Under the pieces are notes generated by a model, which was given only the letters and a program-made list of their open reading frames with translations, did not search any database and was not told the origin of the DNA. This document shows positions 19,113 through 27,418 of a stretch of 64,000 nucleotides of DNA, in pieces. The position numbers and the translations under genes were made by a program. This DNA comes from Candidatus Latescibacterota bacterium (GTDB lineage Bacteria > Latescibacterota > UBA2968 > UBA8231): contig CBDCXV010000009.1 of the NCBI GenBank assembly GCA_965223905.1, positions 672,001 through 736,000 of the forward strand, given 5' to 3'. Every line of letters begins with the position of its first letter. Positions within the stretch are counted from its first letter, which is position 1.

Positions 19113-20126
19113 TCAGCCGGAGCCGTCGAGTCCGAGCTCTTCGGAGTAGGCGAACAGGGCGGGGGTGCCGCCGGTGTGCACGAACACCAGGGTGTGTTCG
19201 CGGGACCACCAGCCGCGTCCGATGTGGGCGATCAGCCCGGCCATGGTCTTTCCGGTGTACGAGGGGTCGAGGAGAAGCCCCTCGGCGCGGGCGACCTGTC
19301 TGATGGCGTCGCGGGCTTCTTCGGTGACGACGCCGTAGTCCGGTCCGACGAACTCGGCGTAGCTCTCGAACTCGGCCGGCTCGAACTCGAGGTCGAGGTC
19401 GAGAATGCGCGCCTGCTCTGCGGCCAGGGCGGCCATGCGCCGCGCCGCCTCGGCGTCGTCGCGCGGGGCGGAACTGATTCCGACGATGCGCAGGCCGAGT
19501 CCCAGCGCCTTGCTGGCGACCACCATGCCGGTATGGGTGTGGGCGCCGGAGCATACGTAGATGGCGTCGGGCCGGACCTCCCTGCTCTGCAGCTGCTCCC
19601 ACAGCTCGAGGAAGCCGTCGACGTAGGCGATGCCGCGGTATGTGTAGCCGTCCGTGCTGGTGTTGAAGGGACGGTTGCCCGAGGCGCGCAGCTCTTCCAT
19701 GCGCGCCGCGATCGCCGCGGTCTGGGAGTCCGGCGGTTCCAGGAAAACCTCGGCCCCGAAGAGACGCGAAAGCAGCAGATTGCCCTGGCTGTGGGCATGG
19801 GCGTCCCGGCGGCCGACGACGACGGAACGCATTCCGAGCCTGGCGGCGACGGCGGCGGTCTGGCGCGACTGGTTCGACTGCGCCGCGGCCCCGTGGAGCA
19901 GCACGTCGCAGCCCTGCTCCACCGCCTGCGCCAGCGAGTACTCGAACTCCCTGATCTTGTTCCCCCCCATGGCCAGGCCGGTGAGGTCCTCCCGCTTGAC
20001 GAACAGGCGGGGCCCAAGCTCGGCGCTCAGCCGCGGCAACGGCTCGAGCGGGGTAGGGAGAACCGCGAGGTTCAAGCGGGGCAGGCGCCCCAGGCGCTCG
20101 CGGATTTCTGTCGCCGTGAAGATCAT
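19113..20126 (-). CDS. PLP-dependent D-cysteine desulfhydrase/ACC deaminase family enzyme (desulfhydrase-type residues)
   Basis: KREDLTG..GGNKIR PLP lysine, QSN, LDPSYTGK, HTGG. Confidence 0.88.
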   Translation of the reverse strand: MIFTATEIRERLGRLPRLNLAVLPTPLEPLPRLSAELGPRLFVKREDLTGLAMGGNKIREFEYSLAQAVEQGCDVLLHGAAAQSNQSRQTAAVAARLGMRSVVVGRRDAHAHSQGNLLLSRLFGAEVFLEPPDSQTAAIAARMEELRASGNRPFNTSTDGYTYRGIAYVDGFLELWEQLQSREVRPDAIYVCSGAHTHTGMVVASKALGLGLRIVGISSAPRDDAEAARRMAALAAEQARILDLDLEFEPAEFESYAEFVGPDYGVVTEEARDAIRQVARAEGLLLDPSYTGKTMAGLIAHIGRGWWSREHTLVFVHTGGTPALFAYSEELGLDGSG

Positions 20127-20374
20127 GGGGATCGGTCCCAGGCTGCGAGGAAGGGGTTAGAAGATAGGTTCGGGCCGGGCAGGGAGCCACCGCCGCCCGC
20201 CCGCACGACAGCAGATAAGTTCAATGCAGCAAACAAGTTGTCGAATTCAGGAGGCGTCCTTAGTTTTAACGGATGTAACATTTCCCGCCGTTAGCTTTAC
20301 AGTTCGGCCCCTTCTCGCTGCCTTCCTCCCCCCGCGAGACCCAGGTGCCGCGCTGATACCGACTCCCCGGCGAT

Positions 20375-22663
20375 ATGGACCTGGTAGAGCCGATTCCGCC
20401 CGAACTCGAGGGACACCTGCGCCGGAAGCTGCGGCCCGGCGAGCTGCTGATGGTGTTGCTGTCGTCGGACATCTCGCAGAAGGGACGCTTCGACGAGTCC
20501 TGGCTGGCGATGACGGACGAGCGCCTTATGGTGCTGCGCTCGAACGGCGGCGGCATGGAAGAGCTGGAGGAGATTCCGCTCGCCGACATCGAGAAGGTTC
20601 GCACCAGGAGCTACGTCGGCAACGGCACTCTGGTCGTCGACCTGCCGGGGGGCAGCCGCGAGATCGTGCGTTTCTCCCAGGGAGCGTTCTACAAGTTCTC
20701 GGCGGTTCCCCAGGTCGTCGAAGCCGCCCTCGTGCATCCGGCCGCTGAGGAAGCCGCCAGCGACGCCCCTCTCATGCGCCGCGTCGAGTACTGCCGGACC
20801 TGCGGCCGCGCCCTGCGTTCGGGCTCGACGGTATGTCCGAACTGCATCCGCAAGACGGAGACCTTCTGGCGGCTGCTCTCCTACATTCGCCCGTACAAAC
20901 TGATCGCCGCCGCCGGTTTCCTGCTGACCGTAACCGTCACCGCCATCACTCTGCTGCCGCCGTTGCTGAACGAGAAGTTGATAGACGACGTCCTCACCCC
21001 TGTCATCTACGAGTACACCAGCCTCGAGGAAAGCGGCGCCTCGCTCGAGCACTGGAGCCCTCCCGCGGAAGCGGTGACCCTGCTGTCCTGGATCGTCCTC
21101 GGCCTGCTGGGAATCCACCTCGGCCGTACCCTTCTCAACAGCCTGCGCAGCTACAGCCTCGGCTGGCTCGGGCAGCGCGTGGTGTACGACCTGCAGACGG
21201 AGATCTTCGAGTACCTGCAGTTCATGTCGCTGAGCTTTTACAGCCGCATGAGCACCGGCCGGGTGATGAACCGCGTCACCGGGGACACCGACCGCATGCG
21301 CCAGTTCATCACGCGCGGCTTTCAGGACATGGTGATCTCCGGCCTCACCGTCGTCGGGATCGGCGCCGTACTGCTCTACAAGAACTGGCAGCTGGCCCTG
21401 CTCGCCTTGGTGCCGACCTCGATGATCGCCGTGGGGACGATCTTCTACACCCGGCGCGTGCACTGGGTCTACCACACGATCTGGCGGCGTGTCGCCACGC
21501 TCAACGCCCACCTCGCCGACACCATCCCCGGCGTCAAGGTGGTCAAGGCGTTCGCCCAGGAAGACAGGGAGCGCAGGCGCTTCGACCGGCGCAACGACCA
21601 GCTCGTCGAAGCGCGCATGGCGTCGGTCAGGATGCGCTCCCTTTTCCTGCCCGGCATCGCCTTCTTCACATCGGTGGGATCGGTGGTTCTCTGGTGGTTC
21701 GGCGGCCATCGCGTCCTCAACGCGACGCTGACTCTCGGGGAGCTGCAGGCGTTCATCTCCTACATGATGATGTTCTACACCCCGGTGGGGACCCTCTGCA
21801 CCCTTTCCGACGACCTCGAGTCGGCCGCCACCTCGGCGGAACGGGTATTCGAGATCCTCGACATCGAACCGGATATCGTCGATGCCCCCGGCGCCATCGA
21901 TCCGGGGGTCATCGCGGGCGGCGTCGAGTTTCGCGACGTCAGCTTCACCTACGACGGCTTCGCGCGCATCCTCGACCGCGTCTCCTTCGCAGCCGAGCCC
22001 GGAGAGATGATCGGCATCGTGGGACCGAGCGGTGCCGGCAAATCGACGCTGGTGAACCTCGTCTCCCGGTTCTACGACGCCACCGACGGCGCCGTCCTCA
22101 TCGACGGTATCCCGGTCACCGAGCTGAAGCAGCAGAAGCTGCGTGCCCAGGTCGGCGTCGTCCTGCAGGAGCCGCTGCTGTTCCAGGGCACCATCGCCGA
22201 CAACATCGCCTACGGCCGCCCGCAAGCGGAGCCCGAGGAGGTGATCGCCGCGGCGAGAGCGGCGAACGCCCACCAGTTCATCATGAATTTTCCCGACGGC
22301 TACAACACCGAGGTGGGGGAGCGCGGGGGGCGGCTGTCGGGGGGCGAGCGCCAGCGGATCTCCATCGCCCGGGCCCTGATCGGCGACCCGCGCATCCTGA
22401 TCCTCGACGAGGCGACCAGCTCGGTGGACACCGAAACGGAGTACGAGATCCAGGAGGCGCTGGAGAGACTGATCGCCGACCGCACCACCTTTGCGATCGC
22501 CCACCGCCTGTCGACCCTAAAGAATGCCGACCGCCTGCTTGTGCTGGAGCGCGGCAGGGTCGCCGAGGTCGGCACCCACGCCGAGTTGCTCGAGCGCGAG
22601 GAAGGGGTATACCGGCGCCTCGTCGAAATGCAGTCGGAGCTCGCCAGGGTGCGGGCACTGTAG
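20375..22663 (+). CDS. ABC exporter (TMD+NBD) with N-terminal PH-like domain and zinc ribbon
   Basis: CRTC...CPNC; TM domain; Walker A GPSGAGKST, LSGGERQR, ILILDEATS, IAHRLST. Confidence 0.92.
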   Translation: MDLVEPIPPELEGHLRRKLRPGELLMVLLSSDISQKGRFDESWLAMTDERLMVLRSNGGGMEELEEIPLADIEKVRTRSYVGNGTLVVDLPGGSREIVRFSQGAFYKFSAVPQVVEAALVHPAAEEAASDAPLMRRVEYCRTCGRALRSGSTVCPNCIRKTETFWRLLSYIRPYKLIAAAGFLLTVTVTAITLLPPLLNEKLIDDVLTPVIYEYTSLEESGASLEHWSPPAEAVTLLSWIVLGLLGIHLGRTLLNSLRSYSLGWLGQRVVYDLQTEIFEYLQFMSLSFYSRMSTGRVMNRVTGDTDRMRQFITRGFQDMVISGLTVVGIGAVLLYKNWQLALLALVPTSMIAVGTIFYTRRVHWVYHTIWRRVATLNAHLADTIPGVKVVKAFAQEDRERRRFDRRNDQLVEARMASVRMRSLFLPGIAFFTSVGSVVLWWFGGHRVLNATLTLGELQAFISYMMMFYTPVGTLCTLSDDLESAATSAERVFEILDIEPDIVDAPGAIDPGVIAGGVEFRDVSFTYDGFARILDRVSFAAEPGEMIGIVGPSGAGKSTLVNLVSRFYDATDGAVLIDGIPVTELKQQKLRAQVGVVLQEPLLFQGTIADNIAYGRPQAEPEEVIAAARAANAHQFIMNFPDGYNTEVGERGGRLSGGERQRISIARALIGDPRILILDEATSSVDTETEYEIQEALERLIADRTTFAIAHRLSTLKNADRLLVLERGRVAEVGTHAELLEREEGVYRRLVEMQSELARVRAL

Positions 22664-22672
22664 GAGGATGGA

Positions 22673-23167
22673 ATGACCGGACGGAAAACGGACGGCGGAA
22701 TGCTGGACGAGAGAGAGGTGAAGCTGGTGGGCAACGCCGCGGGTCAGCTCTGCCTGTCGGCCGCGGGAGAATCGTTCGCCGAGGTCAGCGTGCGGCGCGC
22801 CTTTCCACTGGAATTCCCTTTCCGCTACATCTCGTTCCTCGACGGCGAGGGGACGGAAATCGGGATGATCGGCGATCTCGAGTTGCTGGAGCTGGCCAGC
22901 CGGGAGTTGCTGAGAGAGGCGCTGCACCGCACCTATTTCCTCCCGGTTGTCGAGGGGATCCCCCATATCCGGGAGGAGTACGGGGTCATCCAGGCCGACC
23001 TGGAAACCTCCAGCGGCCCGCGGCGGATCGAGGTCCGCGGCTACCGGCGGAACGTCCGGCCCCTGTCGCGCGGCCGCGCCCTCATCGAGGACGTCGACGG
23101 CAACCGCTACGAGCTGCGCGACCGGTCGCGGCTGCCGAAACGGACCCGCGAGATACTTGGTCTGTAG
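22673..23167 (+). CDS. DUF1854 domain protein
   Basis: VRRAFPLEFPFRYISFLDGEGTEIGMI...YFLP...ETSSGPR...IEDVDGNRY; AGGAGG upstream; adjacent to the ABC exporter. Confidence 0.8.
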   Translation: MTGRKTDGGMLDEREVKLVGNAAGQLCLSAAGESFAEVSVRRAFPLEFPFRYISFLDGEGTEIGMIGDLELLELASRELLREALHRTYFLPVVEGIPHIREEYGVIQADLETSSGPRRIEVRGYRRNVRPLSRGRALIEDVDGNRYELRDRSRLPKRTREILGL

Positions 23168-23225
23168 ATGAACCTCCGGCCCGCGGCCGGCGTCTGAGGT
23201 TCTTCCTGGAAGGGCAGGCCCCGAC

Positions 23226-24044
23226 TCAACCCGCGTCGCCGAAGAAGCGGCGCATCTTCTCCATGCCGATGTGCACCGTTTCCGCGGGGTCCCGCTCCCA
23301 CCACTCGCGGTTGAACAGCTCGAGCGAGACGTACCCCGCGTAGCCGCTGGCGACGGCCTGCCGTTCGATTTCCCGCAGCCGCCCGGCGCCGTCTCCGGGC
23401 ATGACGCGGTCGGCGTCCCCCTGCTGCGGCAGCGGCGGCGCCGGGGGGACGTCGTTCCAGTGCCAGATGGCGACGCGGTCCCCCGGGACTTGGGCGATCT
23501 CCGCCACCGAGCCGCCACCGCGCAGGATATGGAAGGGGTCCATCACCACCCGGGCTTCGGGATGGTCGGCGCCGCGGGCGATCTCCCAGGCCTGGGAGAT
23601 GGTGTGGACCGAGCCTGCGAACCCGAGGAACTCCATCGCCGGCCATACCCCGAACCCGCTTCCGAGCTCGATCAGCTCTCGGTACTGCTCAGCGGCCCCG
23701 TCGAGGTCGCACCGTTCCAGCGGCGGCGAGGCGACGATGCGCCGGGAACCGATGGCCGCGGCCTGCTCCATGCGCCTCCCTGCTTCGGTCAGGGCCGCGG
23801 CGTGCTCCTTTCCGCGGGAGCCGAGCCAGCCGTGCACGGCGATGACCCCGGGGACCTCGAGGCCGCGGTCCTCCAGCGCCCTGCGAATATCTGCGAGCGC
23901 ACCTCCGGCCTGCAGGCAGGCGTCGATATCGTCGCTCCACAGCTCGAGGGCGCGGAAGCCGGCCTCGGAAGCCAGGCGAATCTTGTCGAGCAGGGGAACG
24001 GGCTGGATCGTGCTGCTGTTGAGGCAGTACTGGAAACGCGGCAT
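23226..24044 (-). CDS. Sugar phosphate isomerase/epimerase (xylose isomerase-like TIM barrel)
   Basis: GFRALELW, AMEFLG, DPFH, HWND, RVMPGDG, GYVSLELF. Confidence 0.88.
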   Translation of the reverse strand: MPRFQYCLNSSTIQPVPLLDKIRLASEAGFRALELWSDDIDACLQAGGALADIRRALEDRGLEVPGVIAVHGWLGSRGKEHAAALTEAGRRMEQAAAIGSRRIVASPPLERCDLDGAAEQYRELIELGSGFGVWPAMEFLGFAGSVHTISQAWEIARGADHPEARVVMDPFHILRGGGSVAEIAQVPGDRVAIWHWNDVPPAPPLPQQGDADRVMPGDGAGRLREIERQAVASGYAGYVSLELFNREWWERDPAETVHIGMEKMRRFFGDAG

Positions 24045-24080
24045 GTGGGATCTCCGGCGGATGAAACCGACTTCGAGCTG

Positions 24081-25103
24081 TCAGGCGACGTGCAGGTAGT
24101 CGCGGCCCTCGGCAAGGGCCATGCGCTGCAGCTCGCGGCCAATCTCGGCCCGGGCACCCCGCGAGGCAACCGCGGACAGCAGCATCGGGTTGCGGCAGCG
24201 GCGCCAGCGTTCGGCGAACTCCGCGGCCGAGACGATGGCGACCCGGCGCAGGGTGCGGCCGATCCTTGCAGGGTCGATGTCGATGAAAGCGGCGGGGGTG
24301 CATCCTCCCCTGGCCAGGTGCTTCGACAGGCGCCTCCCGGTCTTTCCCGCGCCCCAGACGAAGACGGCGTCGCGCCCCCGCAGCGGACCGGCGAGCAGGT
24401 AGTGGGCTTTTGCCCGGAGGAAGTTCTCCACCGAATAACGGCTGTCGGTGCGGGTCAGTCGGCCCGGGTGCTCGCGCCAGCGCAGCAGCACCTCGGGGAC
24501 CTTGGCGAAGCGCACCCCCGCGGCGGCGAGCCGCAGCCACAGATCGTAGTCCTCGGCCCAGCCGCGGTCCTCGTATCCCCCGGCCTCCTCCAGGACGTTC
24601 CGGCGAACGCAGGCGCTCGGATGGGTGATCGGGCTTTCGACGAAGATCTCCCTGACGATCTCCTCGTGGGTCCGAAGCCGGTTCTGCCACCCGAGGTACA
24701 CGCGCATGCCCTCGCCGACCTGCGCCCGGGGGAACCCCTCGACGAGACAGCCGACGACCCCGAGCCCGGGGTCGCGTTCCAGCATTTCCACCTGCCTCTC
24801 CAGGCGTTCCGGGAGGGAGTGGTCGTCGGCATCCATGCGGGCGACACAGGGAGCGCGGCAGTGCCTCAGGCCGGCGTTGAGTGCGGCGATCAGGCCGGCG
24901 CGGCCCAGGGTCACGGGGCGGATGCGAGGGTCGCTGGCAGCAGCCTCCCGCAAGATGCGGCTGCTGCCGTCCCCGGAGCCGTCGTCGACGGCGACGACCT
25001 CGAGATCGCGCAGGGTCTGCCCGCAGATGCTCCGCAGGGCTTCGGCAAGGGTCTCCTCGGCGTTGTATACCGGCAGCAGGACGGAAACCCTGGGCAGGGA
25101 CAT
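24081..25103 (-). CDS. Glycosyltransferase family 2
   Basis: VSVLLPVYN, VDDGSGD, ARMDADD, EDYDLW; start ATG 25103 (alternative 25121). Confidence 0.92.
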   Translation of the reverse strand: MSLPRVSVLLPVYNAEETLAEALRSICGQTLRDLEVVAVDDGSGDGSSRILREAAASDPRIRPVTLGRAGLIAALNAGLRHCRAPCVARMDADDHSLPERLERQVEMLERDPGLGVVGCLVEGFPRAQVGEGMRVYLGWQNRLRTHEEIVREIFVESPITHPSACVRRNVLEEAGGYEDRGWAEDYDLWLRLAAAGVRFAKVPEVLLRWREHPGRLTRTDSRYSVENFLRAKAHYLLAGPLRGRDAVFVWGAGKTGRRLSKHLARGGCTPAAFIDIDPARIGRTLRRVAIVSAAEFAERWRRCRNPMLLSAVASRGARAEIGRELQRMALAEGRDYLHVA

Positions 25104-25332
25104 GGTTGGTTTTCCGGTCATGGAAGGCCAGGCATCAGGGGGCCAGGGAGACTATTGCCCGTGAGGTTGGGCCGGGAAGGCGACGAGAGCGGCAGACCGG
25201 GATCAAGCGGGAAATCGCAGGGATGATCCGGTCGATTCATCCCCATGGGTCCCCATTGAATGCGCCGCCAACCCCTATATTGAAAAGCCCGGAACGAGCG
25301 TTGGAAAGCCGGCTGAATGAGCGAGGCCCTGC

Positions 25333-26094
25333 GTGATCCACCTGAAATCCGCCAGCGAAATCGAGAAGATACGCGCCAGCTGCCGAATCGCCGCGGAGGC
25401 GATGATGCAGGTCGGGGAGACGATCGCTCCCGGCGTCACCACCGCCAGGCTCGACGCCGTAGCCGACTCCTACATCCGCAGCCAGGGGGCCGTAGCCAGC
25501 GCCAAGGGGTACCGCGGCTACCCGGCCAGTATCTGCGTTTCCATCAACGAGGTCATCGTTCACGGGATTCCCGGCCGGCGCCGGCTCGCCGAGGGGGATA
25601 TCGTCGCCGTCGACATCGCGGTCAAAAAGAACGGCTTCCACGGCGACATGAACGTCTCCTTTGCGGTCGGCGAAACCACCGGCGAGGCGCGCGACCTGCT
25701 GGCGGCGACCCGGGAAGGAATGGAGATCGGCCTGCGCGCCTGCGTTGCCGGCAACAGGCTGGGGGACGTCGGCCACGCGATACAGGAGTTCGTCGAAGGC
25801 AGGGGGTACTCGATCGTGCGCGAATACTGCGGCCACGGCATCGGGCGGGAGTTCCACGAGGAGCCGCAGTTGCTGCATTTCGGCACCCCGGACACCGGGC
25901 GGCGGCTGCAGCCCGGCGTCGTATTCACAGTGGAGCCGATGGTGAACGTCGGCGGGCCGGAGGTGCGCCTCCTCGACGACGACTGGACCGCCGTTACCAG
26001 CGACGGCAGCCTCTCCGCCCAGTTCGAGCACACCGTTGCGGTGACCGCGGACGGTCCCGACGTGCTGTCGCGATTCGACGGCCTGCCGTTCTGA
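25333..26094 (+). CDS. map: Type I methionine aminopeptidase
   Basis: SICVSINEVIVHGIP, GDIVAVD, GHGIGREFHEEP, TVEPMVN, SAQFEHT. Confidence 0.96.
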   Translation: MIHLKSASEIEKIRASCRIAAEAMMQVGETIAPGVTTARLDAVADSYIRSQGAVASAKGYRGYPASICVSINEVIVHGIPGRRRLAEGDIVAVDIAVKKNGFHGDMNVSFAVGETTGEARDLLAATREGMEIGLRACVAGNRLGDVGHAIQEFVEGRGYSIVREYCGHGIGREFHEEPQLLHFGTPDTGRRLQPGVVFTVEPMVNVGGPEVRLLDDDWTAVTSDGSLSAQFEHTVAVTADGPDVLSRFDGLPF

Positions 26095-26254
26095 GCGGCG
26101 TTTGCCGAATCCCGGGCAGCTCCTAGATTTTGTAAATCCGTAACGGAATGCCCGGGCCCTTCTGCCGCGTTCACCCCGGGCGAAGGCCCCGCCGGGCGGC
26201 AGGGGCGATACCGACCGGGTCCCGGGGCGGCACACAAGAGAAAAGGAAAGCGAT

Positions 26255-26533
26255 ATGGCGCAGAATTTACGGTCCCGCAACGAAGAGGAAGCGACCGATT
26301 TTTCGACCATCGATTCGGGGAGCACCCGCGAGCTGGAAGTCGAGGATATCTGCTGCATCACCGGCGAGGAGGTGCCGGCCAGCTTCTGCCGGTTTCCCGA
26401 TTACCGGCGGGGAACGATGATGGTGATGTCGAAGAAGCACGCGATCGAGCACCTGCGAAAAGGGACCACTATCGAGAAGTTCAAGGAGGTCCTGGTCGAA
26501 CGCCACGGAGAAGAGGTCCTCGCGGACTACTGA
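26255..26533 (+). CDS. Small hypothetical protein (92 aa)
   Basis: AAGGA RBS, GC-rich third positions, fills the gap between map and the TlpA gene. Confidence 0.7.
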   Translation: MAQNLRSRNEEEATDFSTIDSGSTRELEVEDICCITGEEVPASFCRFPDYRRGTMMVMSKKHAIEHLRKGTTIEKFKEVLVERHGEEVLADY

Positions 26534-26637
26534 ACCGAGGCTTTTCGGGAATGGCACCCCGGTGCCTTCCTCCGGCGCGACCGGCCACGGCTGCGCTTCC
26601 CGCCTTCCCACCTGATTCGCCGCCGCCCCCGGCGGTT

Positions 26638-27204
26638 TCAGACCCTGTCCAGCAACATCTGAATCTCCTCCCCCAGCGCCGAGAAGGGGGAGAGGCGCCC
26701 CGATCTGTCACGCGGAACGCCGCGGTGCACGGCTCGGGTCTCCCCGTCCTGGTCGATGACGACCGTCAGGGGAATGGCGACCATCGGGGAGGAGTCGTAG
26801 TTGCGCATCCAGCGCATTTCGGCGTCGTAGTAGATCGGGTAGTTGATTCCGTACTCCGCCATGAAGCGGCGCAGCTTGACATCGATCTGTTCAGGGGTGC
26901 CGTGTTCGCTCACCGCGATACCGACGATGGCGACGTCGTCGCCGGGGAAACCCTGGCGCAGCTTGACGAGGTCCGGGATTTCGATGCGGCAGGGCCCGCA
27001 CCAGGTCGCCCAGAAATTGATGACGAGGACCTTGCCCTTGTGGGCTTCGGGCCTGAAGTCTGCGGCGTCCCCGACGGAGCCGGTCTCGTTGGCAGGGGCC
27101 TGCTCGGAGGTGTCGGCGTCGCTGCAGCCCAATACGCCCAGGAGGGCGGCCAGAAGGGGCGGGAGGAGGTGGTTCAGGTTGATTCGACGTGCTGGTCGCT
27201 GCAT
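26638..27204 (-). CDS. TlpA/ResA-family thiol-disulfide oxidoreductase lipoprotein
   Basis: Lipobox VLGC; INFWATWCGPC; cis-Pro loop AIP; start set at ATG 27204. Confidence 0.9.
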   Translation of the reverse strand: MQRPARRINLNHLLPPLLAALLGVLGCSDADTSEQAPANETGSVGDAADFRPEAHKGKVLVINFWATWCGPCRIEIPDLVKLRQGFPGDDVAIVGIAVSEHGTPEQIDVKLRRFMAEYGINYPIYYDAEMRWMRNYDSSPMVAIPLTVVIDQDGETRAVHRGVPRDRSGRLSPFSALGEEIQMLLDRV

Positions 27205-27418
27205 GGAAGCGAATATAGAGGCGGCCAATAGGGTCGGCCACTGTCTGAGGGGCGGCAATCGGAGGGCAAGTCAATCCCCTGTGGGGGAAGTCAATGACCT
27301 CAGGCGGATCCGGGAATCCTGCTGGGCGCAGGCCGCCGTACCGATGGCACGGCGGTGGAAAGCGCCACCTGGGGCCGCATCAAGGCCAGCCTCTCTGAAT
27401 AAGCCAGCCTGGCAACCC

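Noticed and set aside
16397-19303. 968-aa plus-strand ORF (and the 874-aa off-frame minus ORF)
   Set aside because: Shadow frames of glcD/glcE; Arg/Pro/Gly-rich, no domain signal
19113-20126. ACC deaminase (acdS) call
   Set aside because: Has Thr/Thr (YTGK, HTGG) in place of the diagnostic Glu/Leu
25256-25281. TTGAAT...TATATT promoter upstream of map
   Set aside because: Spacer is only 14 bp; the -10 box is plausible but the pair is not supportable
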